From positions 1 to 64,000 of the IMG/VR virus record IMGVR_UViG_3300049171_000040: a DNA stretch of 64,000 nucleotides; one strand, written 5' to 3'. Under the pieces are notes generated by a model, which had not been told where the DNA came from, did not search any database, and was given only the letters and a program-made list of their open reading frames with translations. Positions 55,478-64,000 of this stretch are shown here, piece after piece. The DNA comes from a virus. Each line of letters starts with the position of its first letter. Position 1 is the stretch's first letter. Position numbers and translations under genes: made by a program.

Positions 55478-56178
55478 ACGAGCTTCAAATCTTCGAAAAC
55501 GGCGAGTTCGAGATCTACGTCACCCCGATGGGGGACGCGTTCACTGTGCAAGCTCCGGGCTTCGCTCGGGCGCTCGGGCACCGCGACGCGAACACGATGC
55601 TGGCCAATATCCCTGGTGACGAGAAGGGGTACGGCCTGGCCCGTACCCCCGGCGGCTACCAGGAGGTTGCGCACCTCACGGAGCCTGGCTTTTATCGCGC
55701 GCTCGGTCAGCGCCAACTCGGCCGCATCAAGAACCCAGACATGCGTGCACAGGTTGAGCGTTTCCAGCGCTGGCTCTACCACGACGTGCTGCCGTCCCTG
55801 CGCCGCAACGGCTACTACAGCTTGCCGTCCGCGACTCAGGCGCTGGCCTCAATCTCCGAGGAGGACATGCCCGAACTGCTGACGTGGAAGGAAGTGTGCT
55901 TCGTCATCCGGCAGGACTACCGGGTGCGCGTCCACGTCGCCAGGCTTCGCCGCACCTTGATGGCCGGCGGCGTGCTCACACAGGCGTTTGAGCCCAAGGC
56001 GGGCTTCACAGAGTGCTTCTGGTGGACCGGCACAGCTCACCTGGTCTATCGCGACGCGGTTCCCCGCCTGTTCTTCGAGTACCAGCGCACTGAGCGGCTT
56101 CTCGGCCTGGCCCGAGGTGGGCGACGTCGCGAGTTGGTCGCGCCGCAGCAAGGCGACCTGTTCGGAGGTGCCTCCTGA
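55474..56178 (+). CDS. Bro-N antirepressor
   Basis: LQIFEN.EF, ARALG.RDA, TPGG.Q, LTEPGFY and FQRWL.HDVLPSLR.NG.Y. Confidence 0.85.
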   Translation: MNELQIFENGEFEIYVTPMGDAFTVQAPGFARALGHRDANTMLANIPGDEKGYGLARTPGGYQEVAHLTEPGFYRALGQRQLGRIKNPDMRAQVERFQRWLYHDVLPSLRRNGYYSLPSATQALASISEEDMPELLTWKEVCFVIRQDYRVRVHVARLRRTLMAGGVLTQAFEPKAGFTECFWWTGTAHLVYRDAVPRLFFEYQRTERLLGLARGGRRRELVAPQQGDLFGGAS

Positions 56179-56555
56179 TGGTCGACAAGCAGACCCTCGA
56201 CAACGTCGCCGAGTATGTCGCTCGCGGTGTCGCCCTGCTGGACGAGAAGCACCCCGGCTGGCACACGGAGATCGACCTCGCGGTGCTCGCCCTGGACGAC
56301 TGCTCGCAGTGCGTCCTCGGGCAGATGTTCTACGACCACGTGCCCGACGGCTACGACGACTCGTTCCAGGTCGGCGTGAAGGAGGTCCTCGGGATGGGGC
56401 CGGACGACGTCGACGTGGCGGTGCTGATTCGCCACGGGTTCGACGTGTGGCCGAACCGGCTGACCGAAGACCAGGCATACCGCGATCTGACGGCTGAGTG
56501 GAAGCGGGTCATCGCGGCTCGCCAGTCTGAGCTTCCCCTGGGAGGAGAGTCCTGA
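56178..56555 (+). CDS. hypothetical protein
   Basis: VARG.ALLDEK.PGW..ID...L.....CVLGQ motif. Confidence 0.65.
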   Translation: MVDKQTLDNVAEYVARGVALLDEKHPGWHTEIDLAVLALDDCSQCVLGQMFYDHVPDGYDDSFQVGVKEVLGMGPDDVDVAVLIRHGFDVWPNRLTEDQAYRDLTAEWKRVIAARQSELPLGGES

Positions 56556-56752
56556 TGCCCGTGATCGACGTATGGGACGTCCTCCAAGACCCGGAGGTCC
56601 CGCGCGATGTTGGTCAGCGTCTTCTGGCCCGGCAGCGCGCCCGGCGTGAGGGGCTGACTCCCGACCCGTGCCCTGAGGCGGACAAGCCGTTCCTGGCCCG
56701 GCACATCGTGAACGTCCAGTCTGAGCTTCCCCTTGGCGGTGAGACCCGGTGA
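56555..56752 (+). CDS. hypothetical protein
   Basis: TGATG-coupled; shares its C-terminus QSELPLGGE with the upstream gene. Confidence 0.55.
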   Translation: MPVIDVWDVLQDPEVPRDVGQRLLARQRARREGLTPDPCPEADKPFLARHIVNVQSELPLGGETR

Positions 56753-57201
56753 ACGGCAAGCGATGGGTCCTGGAGATCCACAGCCCCGACCAGATCGTCT
56801 CCTTCAACAGCCTCGGCCTCCCGGCGGAAGGGTGGGTGTGGCAGGACGGCTGGCTCGTTCACCAGCCCGGCGACTACGAGCCGCAGTGCAGCACACAGGC
56901 GCTCGCCGACCAGATCAACAACGTGATCGCCGCTGGCGTGTTCCCCGTGGACGTGCCCTACAAGAGCGGCCAGGGGCGCGAGGAGATCGACCTCGGCGAG
57001 GAGGAGAGCGGACCGCCCGTCCTGTCGAGCGTGCAGCGTGACGCCCTGTCCCGCATCGTCGGTTACGCCTTGGCCGGCTACGGCGTCGGCGAGGACCGGG
57101 CCGCCCACGTGAGGGCCGAGTTCGAGTCCTGCGTGGACGGGTGGCTTGGCGGCTCGTTCACCCCGCCCGCCGAGATCCCCACGGGCGGTGAGTCCCGGTG
57201 A
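56749..57201 (+). CDS. hypothetical protein
   Basis: GTGA-coupled. Confidence 0.55.
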   Translation: MNGKRWVLEIHSPDQIVSFNSLGLPAEGWVWQDGWLVHQPGDYEPQCSTQALADQINNVIAAGVFPVDVPYKSGQGREEIDLGEEESGPPVLSSVQRDALSRIVGYALAGYGVGEDRAAHVRAEFESCVDGWLGGSFTPPAEIPTGGESR

Positions 57202-57497
57202 GCCGACTGACCGACTCCGAGAGAGGCGACCTCGCCGGTCTCGCCGCCGAGATGCAGGCCATGCGCCCCGACTTGCTGGCGGTTCAGCGTCACGCCGCCC
57301 GCGGGTTCGCCGACCTGCTGCGTCTCGAACTGCCCGACGTGGACGACGTCACGCTGGGGCGGGTCCTGTTGCAGGTCGGCATGTATCTGGGGCGGGCCGC
57401 GGCGAGTGAGGAGATGAGCGATGCGTCGGATCTGCTGGTCATCTCCGCTATCGACATGACCTCTCTGGAGCGGGACGCATCCGGGGGTGGGTCGTGA
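57198..57497 (+). CDS. hypothetical protein
   Basis: GTGA-coupled. Confidence 0.55.
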   Translation: MSRLTDSERGDLAGLAAEMQAMRPDLLAVQRHAARGFADLLRLELPDVDDVTLGRVLLQVGMYLGRAAASEEMSDASDLLVISAIDMTSLERDASGGGS

Positions 57498-57841
57498 CGA
57501 CGCTTCTGATCGTTCTCGGCTGCATCGTCGCCTACTTCACCATCGGCTGGTGGATCGCCAAGCGAGACATGCCTCGCTCATGGGAAGAGGCCCGACGCGA
57601 ACACCTCCCCGAAGATGAGGCGCGCAACGACGTGATGGCGATGGCGGCCTGGACCGTGTTGCTTTGGCCTCTCGTCGCACCCGCCTGGCTCATCTTCGAC
57701 GCCCTGAGCTCGGCTGTGGACAAGGCCGACCCGGAGACGAAAGCCCTGGAGCTCAAGGACCGCGAGGCTGCCGTCACCGTCCGCGAGTCCGAGATTGCCC
57801 GGCTTGAGCGCGAGCTTGGAATCACCCACACCACCACCTGA
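57494..57841 (+). CDS. membrane protein
   Basis: Two TMs (LLWPL) and an IARLERELGI tail. Confidence 0.6.
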   Translation: MTTLLIVLGCIVAYFTIGWWIAKRDMPRSWEEARREHLPEDEARNDVMAMAAWTVLLWPLVAPAWLIFDALSSAVDKADPETKALELKDREAAVTVRESEIARLERELGITHTTT

Positions 57842-57912
57842 CCTGTCCTCTTCGCGCTTCCCCTCGGGGGAGGGAGCGCCCCCACTACAACCGATCAAGG
57901 AGAACCGCACCG

Positions 57913-58362
57913 ATGAGCACCAACCCGTACCCGTCCGCAATCTCCGGCTCCGGAGCACTCACCGCCAAGTCGGCGAACCAGCTCCGCACCCTCCTCCAAC
58001 AGACCGAAGGGGAGCGGGTCCGTATCGCCGCCGACCGCGCCCAGATGATCCGCCAGATCGGCGAACTGTCCGCCGAGGTCGACTCCACAGAGACCGTCCT
58101 CGCCGAGCTTGAAGGGACCGCCGACCGGTACCGGCTCCGGCTGGCCGGCGCGGTGTCGCTGCTGCCGGGAGAGACGGTCACCGCGACGCTGCACGGCTCG
58201 CAGGGCGACCCGTCTGAGCACGCCGGTGTGTACGGCGGCCCGGAAGTGCCCCGCGTCCTGTCGTCGGTGTTCGAGCCCGGTTTGAAGCCGGATCAGGAGG
58301 CCGCCGCGCAGCGTTTCGACGCGGCGCACGACGCGTTAGCCGCCGAGGAGCCGAACTCGTGA
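57913..58362 (+). CDS. hypothetical coiled-coil protein
   Basis: RBS AAGGAG. Confidence 0.55.
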   Translation: MSTNPYPSAISGSGALTAKSANQLRTLLQQTEGERVRIAADRAQMIRQIGELSAEVDSTETVLAELEGTADRYRLRLAGAVSLLPGETVTATLHGSQGDPSEHAGVYGGPEVPRVLSSVFEPGLKPDQEAAAQRFDAAHDALAAEEPNS

Positions 58363-58492
58363 TCGCCGCCTTACGCCGTCGCCCTGCCCGCCGTCTGGGA
58401 GTTCACCGGGGGATGCCCATCGGCACCTCCTGCGGGTGGTCCCGCCTTCCCGCTGTCCTCAAGCCCTACTCGTTCCGCAAGGAGACCAGCCG

Positions 58493-58915
58493 ATGAGCAA
58501 CGACACGCCCGAGACCCGCGAGAAGAACTTCTACCAGCAGCAGCGCCAGAAGCTGGCCGCCGCCGTCACCGCGTGGCAGGAGGAGCCCGACGACGCCGAG
58601 AACGCGTCCTCGCAGTCGCCAAGCCCGCTCGCCAACGCCGCCGCGCTGGAGGACTGCCTCCACGACCAGGGCTTGCAGATCATGCCGAGGGCATGCGGCT
58701 ATGGCAAGTACCTGGTGCTCGTGGACGGGCGGCCCGCCCTGTACCCCGGCCAGAACCGCCCGACTGGCCCGCTGGACGCCGACGAGGCCGCCGAGGTGTT
58801 CCTGGTCGAGTCGGCGAAGAGTGACGCGGTGGAGCGGCAGATCGTCATCCGGTCGGCCACGGACCTGGAAATGGTCGCCTCCGTCTTCGATCACATCACC
58901 GGCGGTGTCCTGTGA
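58493..58915 (+). CDS. hypothetical protein
   Basis: RBS AAGGAG. Confidence 0.55.
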   Translation: MSNDTPETREKNFYQQQRQKLAAAVTAWQEEPDDAENASSQSPSPLANAAALEDCLHDQGLQIMPRACGYGKYLVLVDGRPALYPGQNRPTGPLDADEAAEVFLVESAKSDAVERQIVIRSATDLEMVASVFDHITGGVL

Positions 58916-59379
58916 TCACTCCTCCGAAGATCTGCGGTGTCACCTTCTACACGGCTGGCGGCGCGTGCCCGTTCCAGGCCGAAGGAACCATCGACGGGGC
59001 CGAGTTCTACTTCCGCTACCGCCGTGGTCACGCGACGCTCTCCGCTTCCGACAAGACGGTAGGCGAGTCGTTCGGGGACGCCTTGGACGGCTTCCTCGAC
59101 GACGCCGAGTTCGCGGCCCTGTTCACCCGCCTTGCTGCCGCGTGGCGCGTTGAGGCTTCCCGACCCGTCGTCGAGGGCGAGCAGACCCCGGTCGTCCTGG
59201 ACAGGGACCGCTACACCGCAGACGTGACGGCTCTGATCAACCGCTTCGCCAAGGCGTTGGCCGGTTCTATCCGTGAGGACTACCCGATCCACCTCGCGAG
59301 GCTTCGCGGGTCGCTGCTGGATCTGGGCGACGGGCCCGCTCTAGCTGACCAGGCGGAGAGCGAGGCCACCAATGGCTGA
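58912..59379 (+). CDS. hypothetical protein
   Basis: GACP.QAEGTIDG..FYFRYR.G motif; coupled. Confidence 0.6.
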   Translation: MITPPKICGVTFYTAGGACPFQAEGTIDGAEFYFRYRRGHATLSASDKTVGESFGDALDGFLDDAEFAALFTRLAAAWRVEASRPVVEGEQTPVVLDRDRYTADVTALINRFAKALAGSIREDYPIHLARLRGSLLDLGDGPALADQAESEATNG

Positions 59380-59602
59380 TCCGTGGATCGACCTGTCCCA
59401 CCTGCCCGAGGTGCTGAGTCGGGCCGACGTAGCGGCGCTGTTCGGCGTCGATCCGGCGACGGTGACCCGCTGGGCGGATGGCGGACGGCTCGACTCGTTC
59501 CGCACGCCGGGCGGTCACCGCCGGTTCTGGCGGGACGCGATCTCGGCAGCCATCCAGAGAGACCACGTTCCTGCCAAGCGGGAGAGCGAGGCCGGCCGAT
59601 GA
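59372..59602 (+). CDS. BldC-like / excisionase-family MerR-type HTH
   Basis: LSRADVAALFGVDPATVTRWA..GRL.SFRTPGGHRRF. Confidence 0.85.
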   Translation: MADPWIDLSHLPEVLSRADVAALFGVDPATVTRWADGGRLDSFRTPGGHRRFWRDAISAAIQRDHVPAKRESEAGR

Positions 59603-60030
59603 GCCCTGATCCCATGACCACGGAGGAACTGGAGGCGTTCCGCGAGACCGCCCCGGACCACGTAGGCGGTGAGCTCTGGTCGCTGCTCGACTGGTCGTTC
59701 TGGGGCGCTGGGATGGCCGACGTGTTCCGGGAGCCTCTCGCGGACGTGATGCTCGCCGCGATCCCGGTCAACGTCCGAGTGCACGCCGAGGCGATCATGG
59801 CCGACTTCATCAAGCGGCGCGGCATCGACAAGACGGGCGTCACGGTCTACCAGGAGCAGCGCGCAGAGGTGGAACTCCTCCGCACCGAACTGTCCACGCT
59901 GCGCAGTGCCACGGTCGCTCTGGCCCGCGCGGCGGACACCACCAGCGATGGTCTGGGCGTATGTGAAGCCCTCGGCGCTCTCCCAGAGGACGTGCGGCGC
60001 GAGGCGTTCAGGGAGGCCCGCCGTGGCTGA
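59599..60030 (+). CDS. hypothetical protein
   Basis: ATGA-coupled. Confidence 0.55.
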   Translation: MSPDPMTTEELEAFRETAPDHVGGELWSLLDWSFWGAGMADVFREPLADVMLAAIPVNVRVHAEAIMADFIKRRGIDKTGVTVYQEQRAEVELLRTELSTLRSATVALARAADTTSDGLGVCEALGALPEDVRREAFREARRG

Positions 60031-60424
60031 GCCTGTCGACCGCATCACCGAGATCCGGCAGCGTCGAATCCCCCTGGGCCCGGACGCGATCTGGACACTG
60101 ACACGCGACCGCGATGCCCTGCTGGCCGAGGTGGACCGCCTCACGGCCGAACTGACGACCGCTGAGGGGCAGCGCGACGACCACCGCAAGGCGCTCAAGC
60201 GCATGGGCGCCGAGGTGGCCCGCCTTCAGGACGCCCTCGTCGGAGACGGGCTCGCCATCGCCGACCTTGAGCGGGAGCGGGGCGCACTCGCGGTCCGGGC
60301 CGCCGACCTTCAGTGCGTGGCCGACGCTGCCCGCGCCGTCGTGGACGCCGTCCAGTTCGACACCTCACCTGAGATGTCCGCCCTGCGCGGGCTCCTCGCC
60401 ACCACACGCAAGGAGGGCTCGTGA
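60023..60424 (+). CDS. hypothetical coiled-coil protein
   Basis: D.DALLAEVDRL motif; RBS GGAGG. Confidence 0.55.
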   Translation: MAEPVDRITEIRQRRIPLGPDAIWTLTRDRDALLAEVDRLTAELTTAEGQRDDHRKALKRMGAEVARLQDALVGDGLAIADLERERGALAVRAADLQCVADAARAVVDAVQFDTSPEMSALRGLLATTRKEGS

Positions 60425-60876
60425 AGGACCTCAAAGCCACGCTCGCGCGCTGGCAGGACCAAGCACACCAGTACGTGCTCCCCCTCGCCGCGACGATCGT
60501 CGTCTGCCTCGTCATCGCCTGCTTCGCCATCGGCGGCATGATCGCGTTCGTCGGCGGCGCCGTCCTCATCGGCGTCGGTATCGCTCTCGGCGTGGTCACC
60601 ACGCTGAAGGCCACCGAGACGAAACAGCTAGAGATGGCAGCCGAGAACAAGCGGCTCGCCGAGAACAACGCCGCCCTGACGCAGACCAACCACAGGCTCC
60701 GCGAGGTGGAGGAGGTGGCAGCCCGCAACGCGAAGGGCGCCGACTCCCGCGCCCTCGGCTACCACATGGCCATCGCCGACTTCGCGCAGGAGATGCGCCT
60801 GCAGCCGGCCGTCCCGCCGATGGTCGCTGACCGTCTCCTGTCGCTGCTGCCTGGGGAGGTGTCGGCAGATGCCTGA
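60421..60876 (+). CDS. membrane protein with coiled coil
   Basis: Two TMs. Confidence 0.6.
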   Translation: MKDLKATLARWQDQAHQYVLPLAATIVVCLVIACFAIGGMIAFVGGAVLIGVGIALGVVTTLKATETKQLEMAAENKRLAENNAALTQTNHRLREVEEVAARNAKGADSRALGYHMAIADFAQEMRLQPAVPPMVADRLLSLLPGEVSADA

Positions 60877-61069
60877 GCTGCATGAGCTGCTGATCGGAGC
60901 CGCTGTCGTCGCCGCCTTCCTGGTGGCATGGGCGGCCCATCGCCTGACCCGTGTACGCCGCTCACAGAGGTTCGTGAACGGCCTGCCCCGTCCGCCTCGC
61001 GTGTACGAGGCGGGATGCCAGAGCCGCACCGAGGCCCTGCTCGACGACGCCTGGGACGGCGACCAGTGA
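60869..61069 (+). CDS. small membrane protein
   Basis: RBS GGAGG; one TM. Confidence 0.5.
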   Translation: MPELHELLIGAAVVAAFLVAWAAHRLTRVRRSQRFVNGLPRPPRVYEAGCQSRTEALLDDAWDGDQ

Positions 61070-61881
61070 CCGAGCACCACCCGCAGATCCCCGCCGCGCC
61101 CGTGGTGGGCGCGGCGGGAACCACCACCCCCGACATCTGTGCAACTCCGGGGTGCACAGCCGTCGCTGCGACGCGTGGCCTATGCGAGTCCGACTACCGC
61201 AAAAAGGTCCGCATGGGCATCTACCGGTGGGTTGACCCCAGCGATGCACGTGCTCACATCCAGCGACTCCGAGACCTTGGATGGACGTGGGAGCAGATCG
61301 CCGACGCGGCTGGCCTATCGACGGGCGTGGCACACTGCATCGCCGCAGGAGCCACAAAGCACGTGCGTGTCGAGTCTGCTGCGGCGCTCCTCGCTGTCGA
61401 GCCCAAGCCGGTGGACTCCCAGAGGGGCATCGACCCGACCGGTACCCGCCGCCGTGTTCAGGCACTCGCATGGATGGGGTGGAGCGCGGAGGAGGTCGCC
61501 CGCCGGGCTGGCACCACCCGGCCGACGCTGGCCACGTTGATCCTCCCGTCGCGGCGGATCTCCGTTGCCCTGGCGCGGCGGGTAGCGCGTGTGTACGCCG
61601 AACTGTGCATGACGCCCGGCCCGTCCAAGGTCGCGGCGGGCAGAGCGCGGTCGCTCGGGTTCGCTCCACCACTGGCATGGGACGACACGATCGACGACCC
61701 GGCCGCAACACCCGATCTTGGCGAGAAGGCATCCCGCACGTCGGCGCTGGCCGAGAACGCCGCCGAGTTGGTTGACGGGCAGGGCTACACGGTCGAGCAA
61801 GCCGCGGAACGGCTCGGCGTGCGGGCTGACTATCTGCGGACCGTCCGGCGGATGGCGCGCCGTGAGGCGGTGGCGTCGTGA
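61066..61881 (+). CDS. multi-HTH DNA-binding protein
   Basis: GWTWEQIADAAGLS, GTRRRVQAL...GW, PPLAWDD.IDDP and terminal QAAERLGV. Confidence 0.65.
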   Translation: MTEHHPQIPAAPVVGAAGTTTPDICATPGCTAVAATRGLCESDYRKKVRMGIYRWVDPSDARAHIQRLRDLGWTWEQIADAAGLSTGVAHCIAAGATKHVRVESAAALLAVEPKPVDSQRGIDPTGTRRRVQALAWMGWSAEEVARRAGTTRPTLATLILPSRRISVALARRVARVYAELCMTPGPSKVAAGRARSLGFAPPLAWDDTIDDPAATPDLGEKASRTSALAENAAELVDGQGYTVEQAAERLGVRADYLRTVRRMARREAVAS

Positions 61882-62252
61882 CCGAGCCCCGCACGTGGAC
61901 CATCGCGCTGCCCGCAGGGATGGAACTCCTCAACGCCAACCAGCGGCTCCACTGGGCGCCCAAGGCCCGCATCACCAAGACGATCCGGGACGCGGCGCAC
62001 ATCCTCACCCGTCAGGCCAAGGTCCCGCGGCTGGAGTCCGCCCGGATCGTGTGCGTGTACGAGCCCAACGACCAGCGCAGGCGCGACCGCTCGAACTGGC
62101 ACCCATCCGCGAAAGCGGCTGTCGATGGCGTCGTGGACGCCGGCGTGCTGGCCGATGACTCCGATCGGTATCTCGACGGGCCCCACATCAAGATCGGCGA
62201 AGTCCACCCGCGGGGCCGCCTTGTCCTGCACATCACGGAGGTGACGCCGTGA
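61878..62252 (+). CDS. RusA-like Holliday junction resolvase
   Basis: LNANQR.HW and RRRD..N...S.KAAVDG.VDAGVLADD. Confidence 0.75.
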   Translation: MTEPRTWTIALPAGMELLNANQRLHWAPKARITKTIRDAAHILTRQAKVPRLESARIVCVYEPNDQRRRDRSNWHPSAKAAVDGVVDAGVLADDSDRYLDGPHIKIGEVHPRGRLVLHITEVTP

Positions 62253-62920
62253 CCCGCGAGCACGGCTACGCCGCCTACCGGATCGACGGATGCCGCTGCT
62301 ACGCATGCGCCTTCGCGGTCAGCGAATACAACGCCCGCCGTGACCGTGCCATCGCGTACGGCACATGGAACCCATGGGTCTCAGTCGAGCCGGTGCGCGA
62401 GCACATCCAGCTCCTGCGGTCGTGCGGTATGGGCCTGCGCGCGATCGCCGAGGACGCGGGAACGTCACGGCAGCAGTTGCAGATCCTGGTCAGCGGCAAG
62501 GCCGGGCGGTCACCCCAGTCGAAGATGCGGCCCGCAGCGGCGGCGGCGATCCTCGCTGTTGAGCCCGCACCGCGGCGCATGGATGCGACTGGGACGCGGC
62601 GTCGCCTGCAAGCGCTGGTTGCGGTCGGCTGGACCCTTACCAAGATCGGCGAACAGGCGGGTTGGTCGCACGGGAACGTGTCGGTGCTGCTGCGCGCCGA
62701 ACGCGTGTTCGTGGCGACCGAGCGAACCGTACGAGACCTGTACGACGCCCTGTGGAACCAGGTCCCGCCGGGCGATTCACCTCAAGGCCGGTACGCCTCG
62801 GATCAGTCGCGCCAGCTCGCCGAACGCGAGGGCTGGCCGCCGCCTATGGCATGGGACGACGACGACATTGACGACCCGGCCGCGAAGCCGCGGGGCCAGC
62901 GCACGGAGGTGGCGGCATGA
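62249..62920 (+). CDS. HTH DNA-binding protein, paralog of 61066-61881
   Basis: HG...Y...GCRC..C, GTRRRLQAL.A.GW and PPMAWDDDDIDDP. Confidence 0.65.
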   Translation: MTREHGYAAYRIDGCRCYACAFAVSEYNARRDRAIAYGTWNPWVSVEPVREHIQLLRSCGMGLRAIAEDAGTSRQQLQILVSGKAGRSPQSKMRPAAAAAILAVEPAPRRMDATGTRRRLQALVAVGWTLTKIGEQAGWSHGNVSVLLRAERVFVATERTVRDLYDALWNQVPPGDSPQGRYASDQSRQLAEREGWPPPMAWDDDDIDDPAAKPRGQRTEVAA

Positions 62921-63069
62921 CCGCCCTCCCTCCCTGCTGCCAGACCGCCGCGAACGCGGGCGACGTTGCCGCTCTGGACCACGCCGCCGTCTGCGAAGCC
63001 GAGGAGCCGCAGACGAGCCTGTTCGACCTTGCCTCACCTAAGCCCCAAGAAGGGCGCCCTCAGCTATGA
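62917..63069 (+). CDS. 50-aa microprotein with QTSLF motif
   Basis: ATGA-coupled at both ends; MTALPPCCQ...EEPQTSLFDL. Confidence 0.5.
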   Translation: MTALPPCCQTAANAGDVAALDHAAVCEAEEPQTSLFDLASPKPQEGRPQL

Positions 63070-63896
63070 GCAACCTCAACGTTTTCAGCTTCGGCGGTGG
63101 CCGCCAGTCCATCGCCGCTCTGGTCCTCCAGGCGCAGGGCAAACTCCCGATCGACTTCGACGTGTGGCTGTTCTCCAACGTCGGCGACGACTCCGAGCAC
63201 CCCGGCACCATCGCCTACTTCCACGACGTGGCCGTGCCGTACGCGGAGAAGCATGGGATCGACCTGCGGATGCTCCGCAAGGTCGGCCGCGACGGTGAGG
63301 TGAAAACCCTCTACGGGGAGCTGAACCGGCCCGAGTCCCGCTCGATCGGCATCCCGGTCCGCATGGAAGGCAACGCGGCGCCGGGCAACCGGAACTGCAC
63401 CGGCCTATTCAAGATCGACGTGATCGGTAAGTGGGTCAAGCAGCAAGGCGCGACCGCCGAGACCCCCGCCACCATCGGCGTTGGCATCAGCCTCGACGAG
63501 ATCCACCGCATCAACAGCCGCAAGGCAGCGGCGCACGAACGCCCCGTGTACCCGCTGATCGACCTGCGGCTCCGCCTCACCGACTGCCTACGCATCATCC
63601 GCGAGGCCGGGCTGCCGCTCCCGCCGAAGTCGTCTTGCTGGTTCTGTCCGTTCCACACCCCGGAGAACTGGCAGGACATGCGACGCGACGACCCCGACCT
63701 GTTCGAGAAGGCCGCCGACCTGGAGGACATGCTCAGCGTGCGCCGGGCCGGGCTCGGCAAGGACCGCGTCTACCTGACCCGATACGGCGCCGAGCACAGC
63801 CTTCCACTCCGGGAGGTCATCCCTGCTGGCCGTGACCTGCTGCCGCTTTTGGGCGATGAGGACGGGCTCTGTGACAACGGGTGGTGCATGACGTGA
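63066..63896 (+). CDS. PAPS-reductase-like (PP-loop) protein
   Basis: SFGGGRQS PP-loop, CT..FKI, GISLDE, YPL, KSSCWFCPF and terminal C...WC. Confidence 0.8.
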   Translation: MSNLNVFSFGGGRQSIAALVLQAQGKLPIDFDVWLFSNVGDDSEHPGTIAYFHDVAVPYAEKHGIDLRMLRKVGRDGEVKTLYGELNRPESRSIGIPVRMEGNAAPGNRNCTGLFKIDVIGKWVKQQGATAETPATIGVGISLDEIHRINSRKAAAHERPVYPLIDLRLRLTDCLRIIREAGLPLPPKSSCWFCPFHTPENWQDMRRDDPDLFEKAADLEDMLSVRRAGLGKDRVYLTRYGAEHSLPLREVIPAGRDLLPLLGDEDGLCDNGWCMT

Positions 63897-63945
63897 TGAC
63901 CCCGCCTTTCCTTCCCGCCACTCCCGAGAGAGGGCCGCAACTCTG

Positions 63946-64000
63946 ATGACCCGCATAGACCTGACCACCCGCGAACTGCACGAGCTGGTCGCCCCGGTGC
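63946..64000 (+). CDS. 5' fragment of a gene running off the window
   Basis: ATG ACC CGC ATA GAC... (MTRIDLTTRELHELVAPV), open to the window end. Confidence 0.4.
   Translation, partial: MTRIDLTTRELHELVAPV

Noticed and set aside
63946-64000. Phage-encoded sliding-clamp-like gene
   Set aside because: Only 18 codons are visible, which is insufficient to assign a product.

Overview
This is a high-GC temperate siphovirus genome segment from a filamentous actinomycete host (inferred from the DUF397/XRE, BldC-like, class F sortase and TraB genes). It opens at the terminase and is truncated at 64 kb. Layout: (1) 0.05-20.6 kb, head/tail morphogenesis, with two glycosyltransferases and a DUF4352 moron inserted, a -1 frameshifted tail chaperone and an NlpC/P60-tipped tape measure. 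(2) 20.8-22.9 kb, lysis. (3) 22.9-23.4 kb, a hairpin-dense non-coding block around a tRNA-Arg(ACG). (4) 24-41.9 kb, a large, mostly leftward accessory region. (5) 42-43.1 kb, attP (3' half of tRNA-Val(TAC)) and a tyrosine integrase. (6) 44.5-64 kb, two repressor/Cro/antirepressor switches, RecE/RecT, an SNF2 helicase, a DNA methyltransferase, RusA-like and PAPS-reductase-like genes, and many small early genes. The most striking feature is a Streptomyces-plasmid-type transfer module inside an apparently intact phage. It comprises an HTH regulator with a palindromic operator, a Spd-like membrane protein, TraA-like, a TraB (FtsK/SpoIIIE) translocase carrying an extra FtsK gamma domain, a clt-like array of GGTGCAAC 8-mers, a second Xer-like recombinase with an adjacent 11-6-11 dif/lox-like site, and HU. 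No Rep gene is visible. This suggests a prophage that may also spread by hyphal conjugation. A phage-borne class F sortase with an adjacent candidate substrate is a second unusual system. All product calls come from motif recognition by eye, not from database searches.
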